Positions 48,055 to 58,415 of a DNA stretch of 64,000 nucleotides are shown piece after piece. The stretch is from NCBI GenBank assembly GCA_964512925.1, contig CAZEKH010000001.1, forward strand, positions 39,445 to 103,444, in the 5' to 3' direction. This stretch comes from an uncultured Candidatus Saccharibacteria bacterium. Its GTDB lineage: Bacteria > Patescibacteriota > Doudnabacteria > UBA920. How positions within the stretch are numbered: position 1 is the stretch's first letter; each line of letters begins with the position of its first letter. A program made the position numbers and the translations under genes. Below the pieces are notes generated by a model. The model was not told where the DNA came from. It did no database searches and saw only the letters and a program-made list of their open reading frames with translations.

Positions 48055-50967
48055 ATGCGCGTATATAACTTCAAAGATTCGCCAAAAACAACAGCAAAAA
48101 AAAATAAGCGGTCTTTTTTATCTGCCCAAATCTGCTCTAAAATAGCCTGGCCAAAAAAATTCAAATTTGGCTTTTTTAAATTTAAAAAAAGAAATTTTTT
48201 CTCCTGGGTGCTCCGCCTAACAGCTTTTGGCATAGTAGCTTTAGCTGCATTGTTTTTGTATTATTCCAAAGACTTGCCCAACCCAAACCGCCTAGTAGAC
48301 AGACAGGTGGCTGAAAGCACAAAAATATTTGACCGGAACGGCGAACTTTTATACGAAATTCACGGAGAAGCCAAACGAACCCTGATTAAGCTGGATCAAA
48401 TTCCTACCCTTGCCCAAAAGGCTGTCATCGCCATAGAAGACAAGGATTTTTACAAACATAGCGGCATTTCCTATACCGGAATATTGCGCGCAGTTTATCA
48501 GGATATTTTGCAGCTGAAAAAATCCCAAGGCGGCAGCACTATCACCCAACAATTCGTAAAAAATGCCATTTTAACCAGAACAAAAAGTTTTGACAGAAAG
48601 CTACGGGAAATTATTTTAAGCATTGAATTGGAAACCAGGTTTTCAAAAGACCAAATTTTAGAATTTTATTTAAATGAAATGCCTTACGGCAGGAACGCTT
48701 ACGGTATAGAAGCGGCCAGTAAAACCTACTTTGGCAAAAACGCTAAAGATATAAATTTGGCGCAAAGCGCTTACCTTGCCGCTATCCTGCAGGCGCCAAG
48801 TTTTTACAACCCGCTTGGCCCCAACAGAGACAATCTGGATAATAGAAAAAATACAGTTCTCAGGCTTATGCGAGAACAAGGATACATCACAGATGAAGAA
48901 GAAAAAACGGCTAAAGCTGAAGTTGTAGAATTCACCAAAATAAAAACTGGACTTTTAGCCCCGCATTTTTCCCTGATGGTGCAAAGTTATCTGGCAGGCA
49001 AATACGGCGAAAAAAGCCTGGAAGAAGGGGGTTTAAAAGTTTATACATCTCTGGATTTGGGTTTGCAAAAAATTGCTGAAACAGCGGTCAAAAAAGGCGC
49101 TGACAATAATGTAAAAAAGTATAGCGCTTACAATGCCGCCTTGGTGGCGATAGATCCTAAAACCGGACAGGTGTTGGCAATGGTAGGAAGCAAAGACTAT
49201 TTTGGCGAAAGCGAACCTGAGGGTTGCAAACCAGGTGTGAATTGCAAATTTGAACCCAATGTCAATGTGGCTTTGTCGCAAAGACAGCCGGGTTCCAGCT
49301 TTAAGCCTTATGTGTATGTAACAGCGTTTAAAAAAGAATTTGGCTATGCGCCGGCCAGTATGCTAATGGATGTGGTAACAAATTTTGGCAGCTTCGCAGG
49401 AAAATCTTATATCCCGCATAACTACGACGGCGCGGAGCATGGGCCGGTTTCTATGCGCACGGCATTGGCAGGCAGCTTAAATATTCCGGCGGTAAAAACT
49501 TTGGCTTTGGTCGGGGTTGAAAATGCCGTGCAAACCGCGCGCGACCTTGGCATAACCAGCCCAATGTCTGACTGCGGACTGTCTTTGGTTTTAGGCGGAT
49601 GTGAGGTAAGGCTTCTGGACCATACGGCAGCTTATTCTGCTCTTGCAAATGGCGGAACAAAAAATCCAATGACTTTTATTTTAAAAATTGAGGAGCCGGG
49701 CGGAAAAATTTTAGAAGAATACAAACAAAATGCCCAAGAAATTTTAGACAAACAGGCCGTGTATCAACTAACAAGCATTATGACCGACAACAACGCGCGG
49801 AGTTTTGTCTTTGGCTCAAATTCGCCCTTGACACTCCCAGACAGGCAAGTGGCGGCTAAAACCGGCACCACCAACCTCTGGGGCAACGGCTGGACAATGG
49901 GATTTACACCATCCTTAGCAGCGGGGGTCTGGGTAGGAAACAATTGTGGCAGTGATGAAAAACACCCGGATTGTTTAATGAAAAAAAACGCGGATGGGGT
50001 ATTGGTAGCAGCCCCGATTTGGCGGGATTTTATGTTAAACGCCTTAAAAGGCACTCCGCCTGAAACCTTCCAAAGGCCGGCCGGCATACAAGACATCGCT
50101 GTTGATTCAGTATCTGGAAAACTCCCAACCGGCAGCACTCCGTCTACAAAAACCGAAGTGTTTGCGGACTACAATATCCCTACTGCTTACGACGATGTGC
50201 ATTTAAACGCGCCTTTTGATTCTCAAACCGGCCTGCCTGCCAATGCCGATACTCCCATTGAAAAAATTACCTACAAAACCTTAACGGTTTTTCGCAGTGA
50301 AAAACCCACCAACCCGAACTGGGAAGAGCCGGTAAAAATCTGGGCAGAGAGTCATGGTTTTGGTTATAACCAAAACGGGTTTTCCGACCAAAATGCTCAA
50401 CCACAAAATCCAGATGCTTCGCAGATAAAAATCACTGAACCTGCTTTAAATATACCTATAAAAACAAATAATTTTAAATTTTCTGCTACTGTAACCGGGA
50501 AAAATCCGATTATAAAAGTGGAATTCTACCTAAACGGACTACTACTGAGCACTTTAAACCAAACTCCTTACGAGATAATGGTTGATAAAAATTTAACTGA
50601 CGGCCAGCATACATTGGCAGTAAAAGCGACAGATACCGCCGGTGTTTCCGGCGCCGATTTCAGCCAGATCATCATAGCGCGCAGTCAGGGACTTAAACTT
50701 GTAAATCCCGCCAATAACAGCTTGATAGTCTTTCCTTTAAATCTGAAAGCGGAGTCTTCAGAAGAATATACAGATGTTGAATTTTTCTATCAGAAAACCG
50801 GGTCTGACAAAATATCCATCGGGAAAACTTCTCCCGGCTCAAACGTCGCCGGCAAATACCAATATTTACTTGACTGGCAAATTTCTCCGGGAACAGGAAC
50901 TTTTGAAGTTTTTGCTGAAACAGGTAGCGGAATTTCTAGCAAAAAAACAATTATTGAAATTCCATAA
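48055..50967 (+). CDS. Class A penicillin-binding protein (PBP1A) with C-terminal Ig-like domains
   Basis: EDKDFYKHSG, GGSTITQQ, RKLRE, SSFK, SLN, KTGT. Confidence 0.95.
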   Translation: MRVYNFKDSPKTTAKKNKRSFLSAQICSKIAWPKKFKFGFFKFKKRNFFSWVLRLTAFGIVALAALFLYYSKDLPNPNRLVDRQVAESTKIFDRNGELLYEIHGEAKRTLIKLDQIPTLAQKAVIAIEDKDFYKHSGISYTGILRAVYQDILQLKKSQGGSTITQQFVKNAILTRTKSFDRKLREIILSIELETRFSKDQILEFYLNEMPYGRNAYGIEAASKTYFGKNAKDINLAQSAYLAAILQAPSFYNPLGPNRDNLDNRKNTVLRLMREQGYITDEEEKTAKAEVVEFTKIKTGLLAPHFSLMVQSYLAGKYGEKSLEEGGLKVYTSLDLGLQKIAETAVKKGADNNVKKYSAYNAALVAIDPKTGQVLAMVGSKDYFGESEPEGCKPGVNCKFEPNVNVALSQRQPGSSFKPYVYVTAFKKEFGYAPASMLMDVVTNFGSFAGKSYIPHNYDGAEHGPVSMRTALAGSLNIPAVKTLALVGVENAVQTARDLGITSPMSDCGLSLVLGGCEVRLLDHTAAYSALANGGTKNPMTFILKIEEPGGKILEEYKQNAQEILDKQAVYQLTSIMTDNNARSFVFGSNSPLTLPDRQVAAKTGTTNLWGNGWTMGFTPSLAAGVWVGNNCGSDEKHPDCLMKKNADGVLVAAPIWRDFMLNALKGTPPETFQRPAGIQDIAVDSVSGKLPTGSTPSTKTEVFADYNIPTAYDDVHLNAPFDSQTGLPANADTPIEKITYKTLTVFRSEKPTNPNWEEPVKIWAESHGFGYNQNGFSDQNAQPQNPDASQIKITEPALNIPIKTNNFKFSATVTGKNPIIKVEFYLNGLLLSTLNQTPYEIMVDKNLTDGQHTLAVKATDTAGVSGADFSQIIIARSQGLKLVNPANNSLIVFPLNLKAESSEEYTDVEFFYQKTGSDKISIGKTSPGSNVAGKYQYLLDWQISPGTGTFEVFAETGSGISSKKTIIEIP

Positions 50968-50969
50968 AT

Positions 50970-52154
50970 ATGTTTTCTTGGATATTTATCATTTCTGCGG
51001 CTATCTCTCCAACCTATATAATAAAATTGAATTTTTTTCACATTCCCTCAAACTTGCTTATGTTGTGGATAGCTTTAGTCTGGGTATTTTTTGCTCTTTG
51101 GATAATTCACAAGCGATTATTTTTTGACTTTGTTTTATACCTAAAACAGATCAACAAAAAATTAGCATTAAGCGTTTTTCTATTCTTTTGCGCTTCAGTT
51201 TTCAGCTTGTTATACCCCAACTTTTCCATAAAAAAAATGGCTCAGTTCACAGTTTGGTTTTTACAGCCATTAAGCCTGTTTTTAATCGGCAATTATTATT
51301 TTTTCAAATACCCAAAGTCTAAAAGTTTTTTACTTAATTCATTTTATGCGCTTGTGGCGGCTATGGGCTTTTATGCCGTTTTACAGTATACAAGTCTGTG
51401 GGGCTTGCCTGAAATGTACTGGGGCAATAACATTGAACCCAAGAGGTCTTTAAGTTTTTTCGCGCACCCAAATTTCTACGCTCTGTTTTCCGCCCCGCTT
51501 CTCTCTTTTTTAATCCCAGATCTATTTTTCAAAATAAAAAATCAAAGCTATAAAAACAAACTTTGGCTGATATGTTGGGGAGTTGGTGTTTTAGGCCTTC
51601 TATTTTCTATGTCTAGGGCCGGCTGGCTTGGACTCGCCGCAGCCGGACTTTTATATTTGGTCACAGCCGCGGATAAGATTCTAATAAAAAAAATTATAGT
51701 TACGTTTATGGTTTTGGTTTTGGTATTACTATGCATCCCAAATTTCCGCTACAGGCTTATCCTGCCTTTTTATAAAGAAAAGTCTTCAATTTCCAGACTT
51801 TCCTTATGGCATACGGGTATAAAAGGCATAAAAGAATCTCCATTTTTCGGTCTCGGGCTTACAGGATTTGCCCAAAAATGGCCGCAGCTAAACACTGACC
51901 CAAACCTGGAATCGCATAATTTCCCGCATAATATTTTTTTAAACTTTTGGCTTGAAACCGGTCTTATGGGTCTTGTGTCAATAATTTCAATTTTTATATA
52001 TGGCATAGCAACTGGTTTAAAAACCAGGCAAGATATTTATAAATTCGGCGTTGCGCTATTTTTAGTGTGCCTTATAACCCAGGGTTTGATTGATAATCCG
52101 TATTTTAAAAATGACCTAGCTTTGATGTTCTGGCTGATTTTCAGCCTATTATAA
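50970..52154 (+). CDS. O-antigen ligase/Wzy_C family protein
   Basis: R..SFFAHPN, SMSRAG, R..LW, PHNIFL..WLETG. Confidence 0.85.
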   Translation: MFSWIFIISAAISPTYIIKLNFFHIPSNLLMLWIALVWVFFALWIIHKRLFFDFVLYLKQINKKLALSVFLFFCASVFSLLYPNFSIKKMAQFTVWFLQPLSLFLIGNYYFFKYPKSKSFLLNSFYALVAAMGFYAVLQYTSLWGLPEMYWGNNIEPKRSLSFFAHPNFYALFSAPLLSFLIPDLFFKIKNQSYKNKLWLICWGVGVLGLLFSMSRAGWLGLAAAGLLYLVTAADKILIKKIIVTFMVLVLVLLCIPNFRYRLILPFYKEKSSISRLSLWHTGIKGIKESPFFGLGLTGFAQKWPQLNTDPNLESHNFPHNIFLNFWLETGLMGLVSIISIFIYGIATGLKTRQDIYKFGVALFLVCLITQGLIDNPYFKNDLALMFWLIFSLL

Positions 52155-52180
52155 AACCCTTCAGCTGCTGAAGGGTTTTT

Positions 52181-52654
52181 TTATAACCTTGATTTGATAA
52201 CAATTTGCCTATAAGGCTCCTCACCCCAACTTTCACTGGACAGTTCGGGAAAATTTTCCTGGATGTAGGAATGCACAAATCTCCTGTCAAAAGCCGGCAT
52301 TGTTTCAAGTCTGACTGCGCGACCGGTCTTTTTGATATGCAGAGCGGCTTCTTTGACTGTTTCTTTTAAGAACCATTCCCGCTTAATATTATAATCATCA
52401 ACATCCAAAGAAAATCTGGGCGTCTGGGCAAATCCCAATTTCTTAAACGCAAGACTCTGGATGATGCTTTGGAGAGCTTTTAAAACCACTCCGTGTTGCC
52501 CGATAAGTAAAAAAGAATCAGGGGTGGAAATATTGAAAACCAATCCCCGGTTTATGCTTTCCTCAAACTCTACCTTTGGCGCAGAGATTTTCATTTTTTC
52601 TAAAACCTCAAGTACCAAATTCTTTATCTGTTCAATTTTGTCGTAATCAGTCAT
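52181..52654 (-). CDS. jag: Jag/KhpB (KH + R3H) protein
   Basis: LLIGQHG..L.ALQ, LDVDDY, RRFVH, SESWGEEPYR. Confidence 0.9.
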   Translation of the reverse strand: MTDYDKIEQIKNLVLEVLEKMKISAPKVEFEESINRGLVFNISTPDSFLLIGQHGVVLKALQSIIQSLAFKKLGFAQTPRFSLDVDDYNIKREWFLKETVKEAALHIKKTGRAVRLETMPAFDRRFVHSYIQENFPELSSESWGEEPYRQIVIKSRL

Positions 52655-52667
52655 AAAATTTAAACTG

Positions 52668-53369
52668 CTATTTTTTTAAAACATAATATTGCTGACCTAT
52701 GGAGAAAACCGTGGTGGCAACCCAATACAATAAAAGTCCGCTGGGAATTTTAAACTGCCAAGCCGCAAAAATTGTCATCAAGGGCATCATATACAACATA
52801 TTTTTATTTAGGGAGGCGCTGAAATCTTCCCCGGAAGGAGAGGGGGCCTGGTTTTTGGGCATCATCATTTTTGATTGCACAAACTGCAAGCCGGCAGCCA
52901 ATAAAGCCAAGACAATGCTGGTTTCCGCCAAATTTAAAAAGCCAAATGAAATTTGATGAACATTTTCCGGCCTGTGGACAAAACTGTAAAGTCCAGATAA
53001 ATTGCTTTGCAATCCGTTGCTAAAAACCTGGTATAGCCCTATAAAGACGGGTAATTGTATAAACAAAGGCAGACAAGAAGACAGGGGATTCACTCCGTGT
53101 TCTTTATATAAATCCATCATTGCCTTGGCTTGCTGCTCTTTGTTATTTTTATGCTTTTCCCTCAATTCAGTCAGTTTTGGCTGTAGGTTAGCCATCGCCT
53201 TTTGGCTTTTGAGCGATTTTTGGAAACTGGGAGCCATAGCAAGCCGGATTAAAAAAGTAATCACAATAATTGCCAGGCCCAGATCCTGTCCTGGAATCCA
53301 GTTGTAGAAAAAAATTAAAACATTTAAAAGCGGCCTGTAAACTATTTCGTTGTAAATTGTCGAAAACAT
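52668..53369 (-). CDS. yidC: Membrane protein insertase
   Basis: GLAII, QPKL, LYKEHGVNPLSSCLP..IQLP, GLLLYW. Confidence 0.95.
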   Translation of the reverse strand: MFSTIYNEIVYRPLLNVLIFFYNWIPGQDLGLAIIVITFLIRLAMAPSFQKSLKSQKAMANLQPKLTELREKHKNNKEQQAKAMMDLYKEHGVNPLSSCLPLFIQLPVFIGLYQVFSNGLQSNLSGLYSFVHRPENVHQISFGFLNLAETSIVLALLAAGLQFVQSKMMMPKNQAPSPSGEDFSASLNKNMLYMMPLMTIFAAWQFKIPSGLLLYWVATTVFSIGQQYYVLKK

Positions 53370-53382
53370 ATTTTATATAAGA

Positions 53383-53613
53383 TTAAATTTTGTCTACTCG
53401 CGGGGTGGAAAAAGGGTTGCACCTAAGAATGCGCTTAACTGCCATATAAAGACCCTTCACGGCCCCGTATTTCTCTATTGCCTGTTTTGAATATTCGCTG
53501 CAGCTGGGATAAAAACGGCAAAAACCAGATGGGTACAATGCCCGAAAAAAACCATGGTCGGGCGAAAGAAATTTCTGATATAACTTAATAAAAAATATTA
53601 ACAAATTTCTCAT
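53383..53613 (-). CDS. yidD: Membrane protein insertion efficiency factor
   Basis: CRFYPSCSEY...RILRCNP. Confidence 0.95.
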   Translation of the reverse strand: MRNLLIFFIKLYQKFLSPDHGFFRALYPSGFCRFYPSCSEYSKQAIEKYGAVKGLYMAVKRILRCNPFSTPRVDKI

Positions 53614-53614
53614 A

Positions 53615-53953
53615 TTAGTCCTTAATCATGCGGTTTTTTCTTAAAAGGGAATCCAGAGAGGCTAACAAAAGTTTTTCGTCCAGGTTTCTTTTGGGTTTAA
53701 TAAAAACCATATAATTGCCAGGAAAAATTTTGGTCAATCTTTTTTTTAAATATTCGCGCAAGATTCTTTTTAAGCGATTTCTTTTTGTTGCCAGCTTACT
53801 TACTTTTGTGGACACAACTATGGTAAAAGAAGGATAATCTTTAGAATCTTTATGGTATTTCACGCTAAAATCCGGGTTAAAAAAATTCCGCCCGGCTCGC
53901 AAAACAAGCTGAATATTCTTGCTTCCTGCCAAACGGTTTTTTTTATTGAACAT
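53615..53953 (-). CDS. rnpA: RNase P protein component
   Basis: VVSTKVSKLATKRNRLKR. Confidence 0.93.
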   Translation of the reverse strand: MFNKKNRLAGSKNIQLVLRAGRNFFNPDFSVKYHKDSKDYPSFTIVVSTKVSKLATKRNRLKRILREYLKKRLTKIFPGNYMVFIKPKRNLDEKLLLASLDSLLRKNRMIKD

Positions 53954-53962
53954 AGAATGTAT

Positions 53963-54097
53963 TTAGATGGCGAGTTTTTTTCTTCCCTTAGCTCTCCGCT
54001 TGGCCAAAACAGCGCGTCCGCTTTTTGTTGACATACGGTTTAAAAACCCGTGCCTAACTTTTCTTCTTTTTTTCTTTGGCTGATATGTCCGTTTCAT
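53963..54097 (-). CDS. rpmH: 50S ribosomal protein L34 (not in the ORF track)
   Basis: [44 protein letters not shown]. Confidence 0.97.
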   Translation of the reverse strand: MKRTYQPKKKRRKVRHGFLNRMSTKSGRAVLAKRRAKGRKKLAI

Positions 54098-54356
54098 ATT
54101 TTTTTAATATTTTGCTAATTAACAATTATTTATCTGCCTGCTAATTATACTCAAGTTATATCTTTTAGTCAATGTTTAGGTATTTTAAACCCGCATAACA
54201 ATCTTGTCAGCCTGACTTCACAGCCTATCCACAGCATATCAACAAGACCAATAAATTTTCTCATTATTATGCGAAAAAATTTTATTTTACATGTTGATAA
54301 CCCCCAGCTAAAATATTTAAAGTATTTAATGTATAAAAATAAAATCAAAAAGATTT
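54098..54356. other. oriC region part 1 (rpmH-dnaA spacer) with DnaA-box-like 9-mers
   Basis: CTATCCACA 54225, ATATCAACA 54236, TGTTGATAA 54292. Confidence 0.65.
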
Positions 54357-55700
54357 ATGACAAACCAGCAACTGTGGCAAGCAATTTTGGGAAGCCTGGA
54401 AATTTCCTTAAGCAAAGCAAATTTTAATACCTGGTTTAAAAATACTTCAATTATTGAAAAATTGAGCGATACGATAGTAATAGGCGTGCCAAGCACCTTT
54501 AACAGGGATTGGATAGCTGCCAAATACCACGCTGAAATGCTGAAAAGCTTAAAAAGCATTGCCCCGGAAATAAAAGAGATAAAATATCAATTAAATTCCC
54601 AAACCGCCAGAATCCAAAACACGCCGCAAAAAACAGCTGATGCGAACTCTTTACAAAAAAGGCCTTTAGAACAGCAGATTTTTTTCAACCTTAACCCCAA
54701 ATACACGTTTGAGACTTTCATTTTGGGGAAAAACAGCGAATTGGCTTATGCCGCCAGCCAAGCTGTGGCAAAAAATCCAGGCGGGCAATACAATCCGCTT
54801 TTCATTTATGGGGGAGTGGGTTTGGGCAAAACCCATTTGATGCACGCGGTTGGTCATAGCCTTTTAAGCTTGAAGCCGAATGCTAAGATTATATATGTAA
54901 CCTCGGAAAAATTTACCAACGACTACATCAATTCCATCGGGCAGAAAAAAATTGAGGATTTTAAAAAAAATTATCGCAGCGCAGACTGTTTAATGGTAGA
55001 CGATATTCAGTTTTTGGCTGGTAAAGAAGGTACCCAGGAAGAATTTTTTCACACCTTTAACGAGCTGAGGGATAACGGCAAACAAATTATCATCACCTCT
55101 GACAGACCTCCAAAAGAAATTCCCGCCATTGAGGAGCGGTTGGTTTCGCGTTTTGAGTGGGGAATGCTGGCTGATATTCAAGCTCCCGACTTGGAGACAA
55201 GGATGGCCATCCTAAGAATGAAAATGCAAAAACGCAACATCTCAATTTCAGAAGATGTCCTTTTTTACATAGCGGAAAACGTTCAAAACAATGTCAGGGA
55301 ACTGGAAGGCGCTTTAAACCGCCTGGCGGTCTATCAACAAATGGAAAACCGAGGGCTGATTTTAGAGCAAGCAAAAAGCATCTTGGCTAGCGTTATTGGG
55401 GCAAAGAAAAAAATCACCTCGCCCAAAAGAATAGCTGAAATTGTCGCTGATTTTTATAACATCACAACCGAAGACCTGATAAAACAATCCAGAAAAAAAG
55501 AATTTGTCAAACCAAGACAAATTGCAATGTATCTGATCCGTAAAGAACTAGATAGTTCATTTCCTTCAATTGGGGCGTTTTTTGGGGGACGGGATCATAC
55601 AACAGTTATGCATGGGGTAGAAAAAATCACCGGTCAAATTAAAGCGAAGGTTGAGTTTAAACAAGAGGTGGATTTAATTGAGGATAAACTGTTTAACTAA
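54357..55700 (+). CDS. dnaA: Chromosomal replication initiator
   Basis: YNPLFIYGGVGLGKTHL, DDIQF, SRFEWG, RELEGAL, GGRDHTTV. Confidence 0.99.
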   Translation: MTNQQLWQAILGSLEISLSKANFNTWFKNTSIIEKLSDTIVIGVPSTFNRDWIAAKYHAEMLKSLKSIAPEIKEIKYQLNSQTARIQNTPQKTADANSLQKRPLEQQIFFNLNPKYTFETFILGKNSELAYAASQAVAKNPGGQYNPLFIYGGVGLGKTHLMHAVGHSLLSLKPNAKIIYVTSEKFTNDYINSIGQKKIEDFKKNYRSADCLMVDDIQFLAGKEGTQEEFFHTFNELRDNGKQIIITSDRPPKEIPAIEERLVSRFEWGMLADIQAPDLETRMAILRMKMQKRNISISEDVLFYIAENVQNNVRELEGALNRLAVYQQMENRGLILEQAKSILASVIGAKKKITSPKRIAEIVADFYNITTEDLIKQSRKKEFVKPRQIAMYLIRKELDSSFPSIGAFFGGRDHTTVMHGVEKITGQIKAKVEFKQEVDLIEDKLFN

Positions 55701-55873
55701 TGTGTGTAACTCTTTTAAATTTCTTGGGCGGTGTTTATTGGAACGGATAAAAAAATCTTTTCCTTTTTTAATCCACCAAAAAAATATTTGTTTTTATTTC
55801 ATCGCCCAATAAAAATCAGGTTAAAAAATCTTTTCCACTTATCAACAATACTTATTATTATTAATTAATATTT
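55701..55873. other. oriC region part 2 (dnaA-dnaN spacer)
   Basis: AT-rich, with degenerate DnaA boxes TGTGTGTAA, TTTTCCACT, TTATCAACA, then an AT run. Confidence 0.6.
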
Positions 55874-56974
55874 ATGCATATAATCTGTACACAAGAAAAT
55901 TTAAAACTCGGATTATTAGCAGTAGGAAAAATAACTACACTAAGTAACACACTGCCGGTGCTGGGAACAGTTTTATTAAAAGCCGAAAATGGAATGCTCC
56001 AACTTTCTGCGACAAATCTTGAAATTGCCGTTCAAACCCAAGTGCGGTGTAAGGTGGAAGAGGTCGGAGCTTTTTCCGTTAACTGTAAAACTTTTACGGA
56101 TTTGGTTAATAATTTTCCAAATAAAAATATTTCTTTAAAACTTAAAGATTCGGCTGTTGAGGTAGATAGTGAAAATTATCATACAAAAATAAAAACCTTT
56201 TCCGCTGAGGAATTCCCCTTGATTCCACCGACGGAAAATTTAAAAACAGTAAACGTTAAGGCTCAAGAGTTTAAAAAAGCGGCGGGAAAAGTTGTTTTTT
56301 CCGCGTCAACAAACCAAACCCAGCCAGAAATTTCCGGTATATTGTTTGGTTTTCGCCAAAACCAATTAAAACTTGCTGCCACAGACCGCTATCGTCTGGC
56401 AGAGAAAAAAATCTTTATTTCGGAAGAAGTAACTCAGCCGGGCGAGGTGATTGTGCCGGCAAAAGCGGTTTTAGAGGCGGTTAGGATAGCTTCTGCTTTT
56501 GATGGGGATATGAGTGTTGGTTGGAGTTTGGGTCAGGCGGTTTTTGTCATTGGGGGTACGACAATTTTCAGCCGGCTGGTTGACGGGCAATACCCGCCTT
56601 ACGAGCAGATCATCCCCGCGAGTTTTCAAGCTGAGGCGGTTGTGAAAAAACAAGACTTGGTGGGCGCGCTTAAAGCGGTTGGGGTTTTTAGTCAAAATAA
56701 CAGTAGTATGGTTTTGGATTACAATAACGAGAGCCAAAAATTTAACTTGTCCAGCGAGGCTGGGGATTTGGGTACTGGCAGTGTGGAGTTGGAGGCGGAA
56801 ATTAGCGGCGGGTCTGGCAGTTTGGTGGTTAACTTTCACTACCTTTTGGATGCTTTACAAAATATGGATTCGGACAAAATCAAGTTTCGTTTTAACGACG
56901 ATTCTTCTGCGATTTTAGTGGTTCCTATAGAAGAAAAGGACTACCTATATTTAGTGATGCCTATAAAAACATAG
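55874..56974 (+). CDS. dnaN: DNA polymerase III beta clamp
   Basis: ATNLE, ATDRYRL, SRLVDGQYP, LVMP. Confidence 0.97.
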   Translation: MHIICTQENLKLGLLAVGKITTLSNTLPVLGTVLLKAENGMLQLSATNLEIAVQTQVRCKVEEVGAFSVNCKTFTDLVNNFPNKNISLKLKDSAVEVDSENYHTKIKTFSAEEFPLIPPTENLKTVNVKAQEFKKAAGKVVFSASTNQTQPEISGILFGFRQNQLKLAATDRYRLAEKKIFISEEVTQPGEVIVPAKAVLEAVRIASAFDGDMSVGWSLGQAVFVIGGTTIFSRLVDGQYPPYEQIIPASFQAEAVVKKQDLVGALKAVGVFSQNNSSMVLDYNNESQKFNLSSEAGDLGTGSVELEAEISGGSGSLVVNFHYLLDALQNMDSDKIKFRFNDDSSAILVVPIEEKDYLYLVMPIKT

Positions 56975-57017
56975 TTTGGAGGTGTGTATTCAATTTACTA
57001 AAAAAGAAAATTTACAT

Positions 57018-58103
57018 ATGAAAGTAAAAAATCTAACCATCAAAAACTTCCGGAATTATCCGGAATTAAATATTGAAATAAGTCACGATATGATTGTTTT
57101 AAGCGGTCCAAATGCCGTGGGAAAAACCAATCTTTTGGAATCGGTTTATTTCGCTTCTTTGTTTAAATCTTTCCGCGATGATAATGAGTTTATTTTTTTA
57201 AAAAATACTGATAGCGCTGAAATAAAAGTTGTGGTGGAAAAAGCTGGGAGCCAAAATGTTTTGGAAATTTATTTGGCAAAAAAAGATAAAATCTTAGCTA
57301 ATTTTTTCATTGACGGGGTGAGAAAAAAACGCAAAGAAGCCCAGGGTTTTTTGCGTGTTGTGATATTTGATCCGACTGATGTGGATATGTTCACAAAGAA
57401 TCCGGAAGCCAGAAGAAAATATTTAAATATGGTTTTGTCGCAAAAAGACCCGGAGTATTTGGATATTTTAAGCGCTTATAAAAAAATTGTTTACCATAAA
57501 ACTAGGTTGTTAAGCGATCTTAAGCATGGAATGTCGTCTGCTTCGGATTTGTCAGATTGGAACGAGCAGTTGGCGGAATGGGGAAAAAAGATAATATTTG
57601 TCAGGAAAAAATTTATTGATTTTTTAAATCGTGATTTGTCGGATATCTACACTTCAATCTCCGGTTTTCATCGGCCTGTGGAAGTTGTTTATGAAACCTT
57701 GAACGGGCAAACTGAAGAGGAAATAAAAGAGTCTTTTTTAGCCAAGTTAAAATTATATGAGAAAAAAGAAAAACTAAGCGGTTCTTGTCTGGTTGGTCCG
57801 CATCGGGATGATTTTTTCTTGAAGAGTGAGGGTTTGTTTTTACCCCCATTTTCTTCCCGCGGCGAGCTAAGAAGCCAGGTTTTGGCGTTAAAAATAATGG
57901 AGCTTGAATATTTAAGCCGGGATGGAGAAAAGCCCATACTTTTGTTGGACGACGTGTTGTCCGAGCTGGACGAAAGCCGCAGGAATTTTTTGCTTAAATA
58001 CCTGCAGGGCAGGTTTCAGACTTTTATAACCACGACCCACCCGCTTGAAATGCCTGCTCAGCACATAACGTTAAGCCCAGCCCCTGAAGAAATAAAAATA
58101 TAA
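57018..58103 (+). CDS. recF: DNA replication/repair protein RecF
   Basis: NFRNY, GPNAVGKTNLLE, GPHRDD, SRGE, LLLDDVLSELD. Confidence 0.95.
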   Translation: MKVKNLTIKNFRNYPELNIEISHDMIVLSGPNAVGKTNLLESVYFASLFKSFRDDNEFIFLKNTDSAEIKVVVEKAGSQNVLEIYLAKKDKILANFFIDGVRKKRKEAQGFLRVVIFDPTDVDMFTKNPEARRKYLNMVLSQKDPEYLDILSAYKKIVYHKTRLLSDLKHGMSSASDLSDWNEQLAEWGKKIIFVRKKFIDFLNRDLSDIYTSISGFHRPVEVVYETLNGQTEEEIKESFLAKLKLYEKKEKLSGSCLVGPHRDDFFLKSEGLFLPPFSSRGELRSQVLALKIMELEYLSRDGEKPILLLDDVLSELDESRRNFLLKYLQGRFQTFITTTHPLEMPAQHITLSPAPEEIKI

Positions 58104-58107
58104 AAAT

Positions 58108-58413
58108 ATGTCTTACAAAACACAATTTACAAAAATCGGAAAAGTTATAAAAAACGAAATAAACAACCAAAAAATTAATGAAGCCTTTTTACGCCACCAA
58201 GTTCTCAAAGCTTGGGAAAGGACAGCTGTCTCTTTCTTCAAAGAAGCTGAAAAGCTAACCAAGGCTCTGGATTTTAAAAAAGGAGTTTTGACCGTAGCTT
58301 GCCTGGATGAAAAATTGGCGTATCAGTTGAAAATTTTAGCATCCCGGATCATTTACGCGGTCAATAATTTTTTAGGTAAAATATTGGTTTATAGCCTGCG
58401 CGTGGAGAGTTAA
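58108..58413 (+). CDS. DciA/DUF721 family protein
   Basis: Position after recF; W...GVLTVAC...LAYQL pattern. Confidence 0.7.
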   Translation: MSYKTQFTKIGKVIKNEINNQKINEAFLRHQVLKAWERTAVSFFKEAEKLTKALDFKKGVLTVACLDEKLAYQLKILASRIIYAVNNFLGKILVYSLRVES

Positions 58414-58415
58414 AT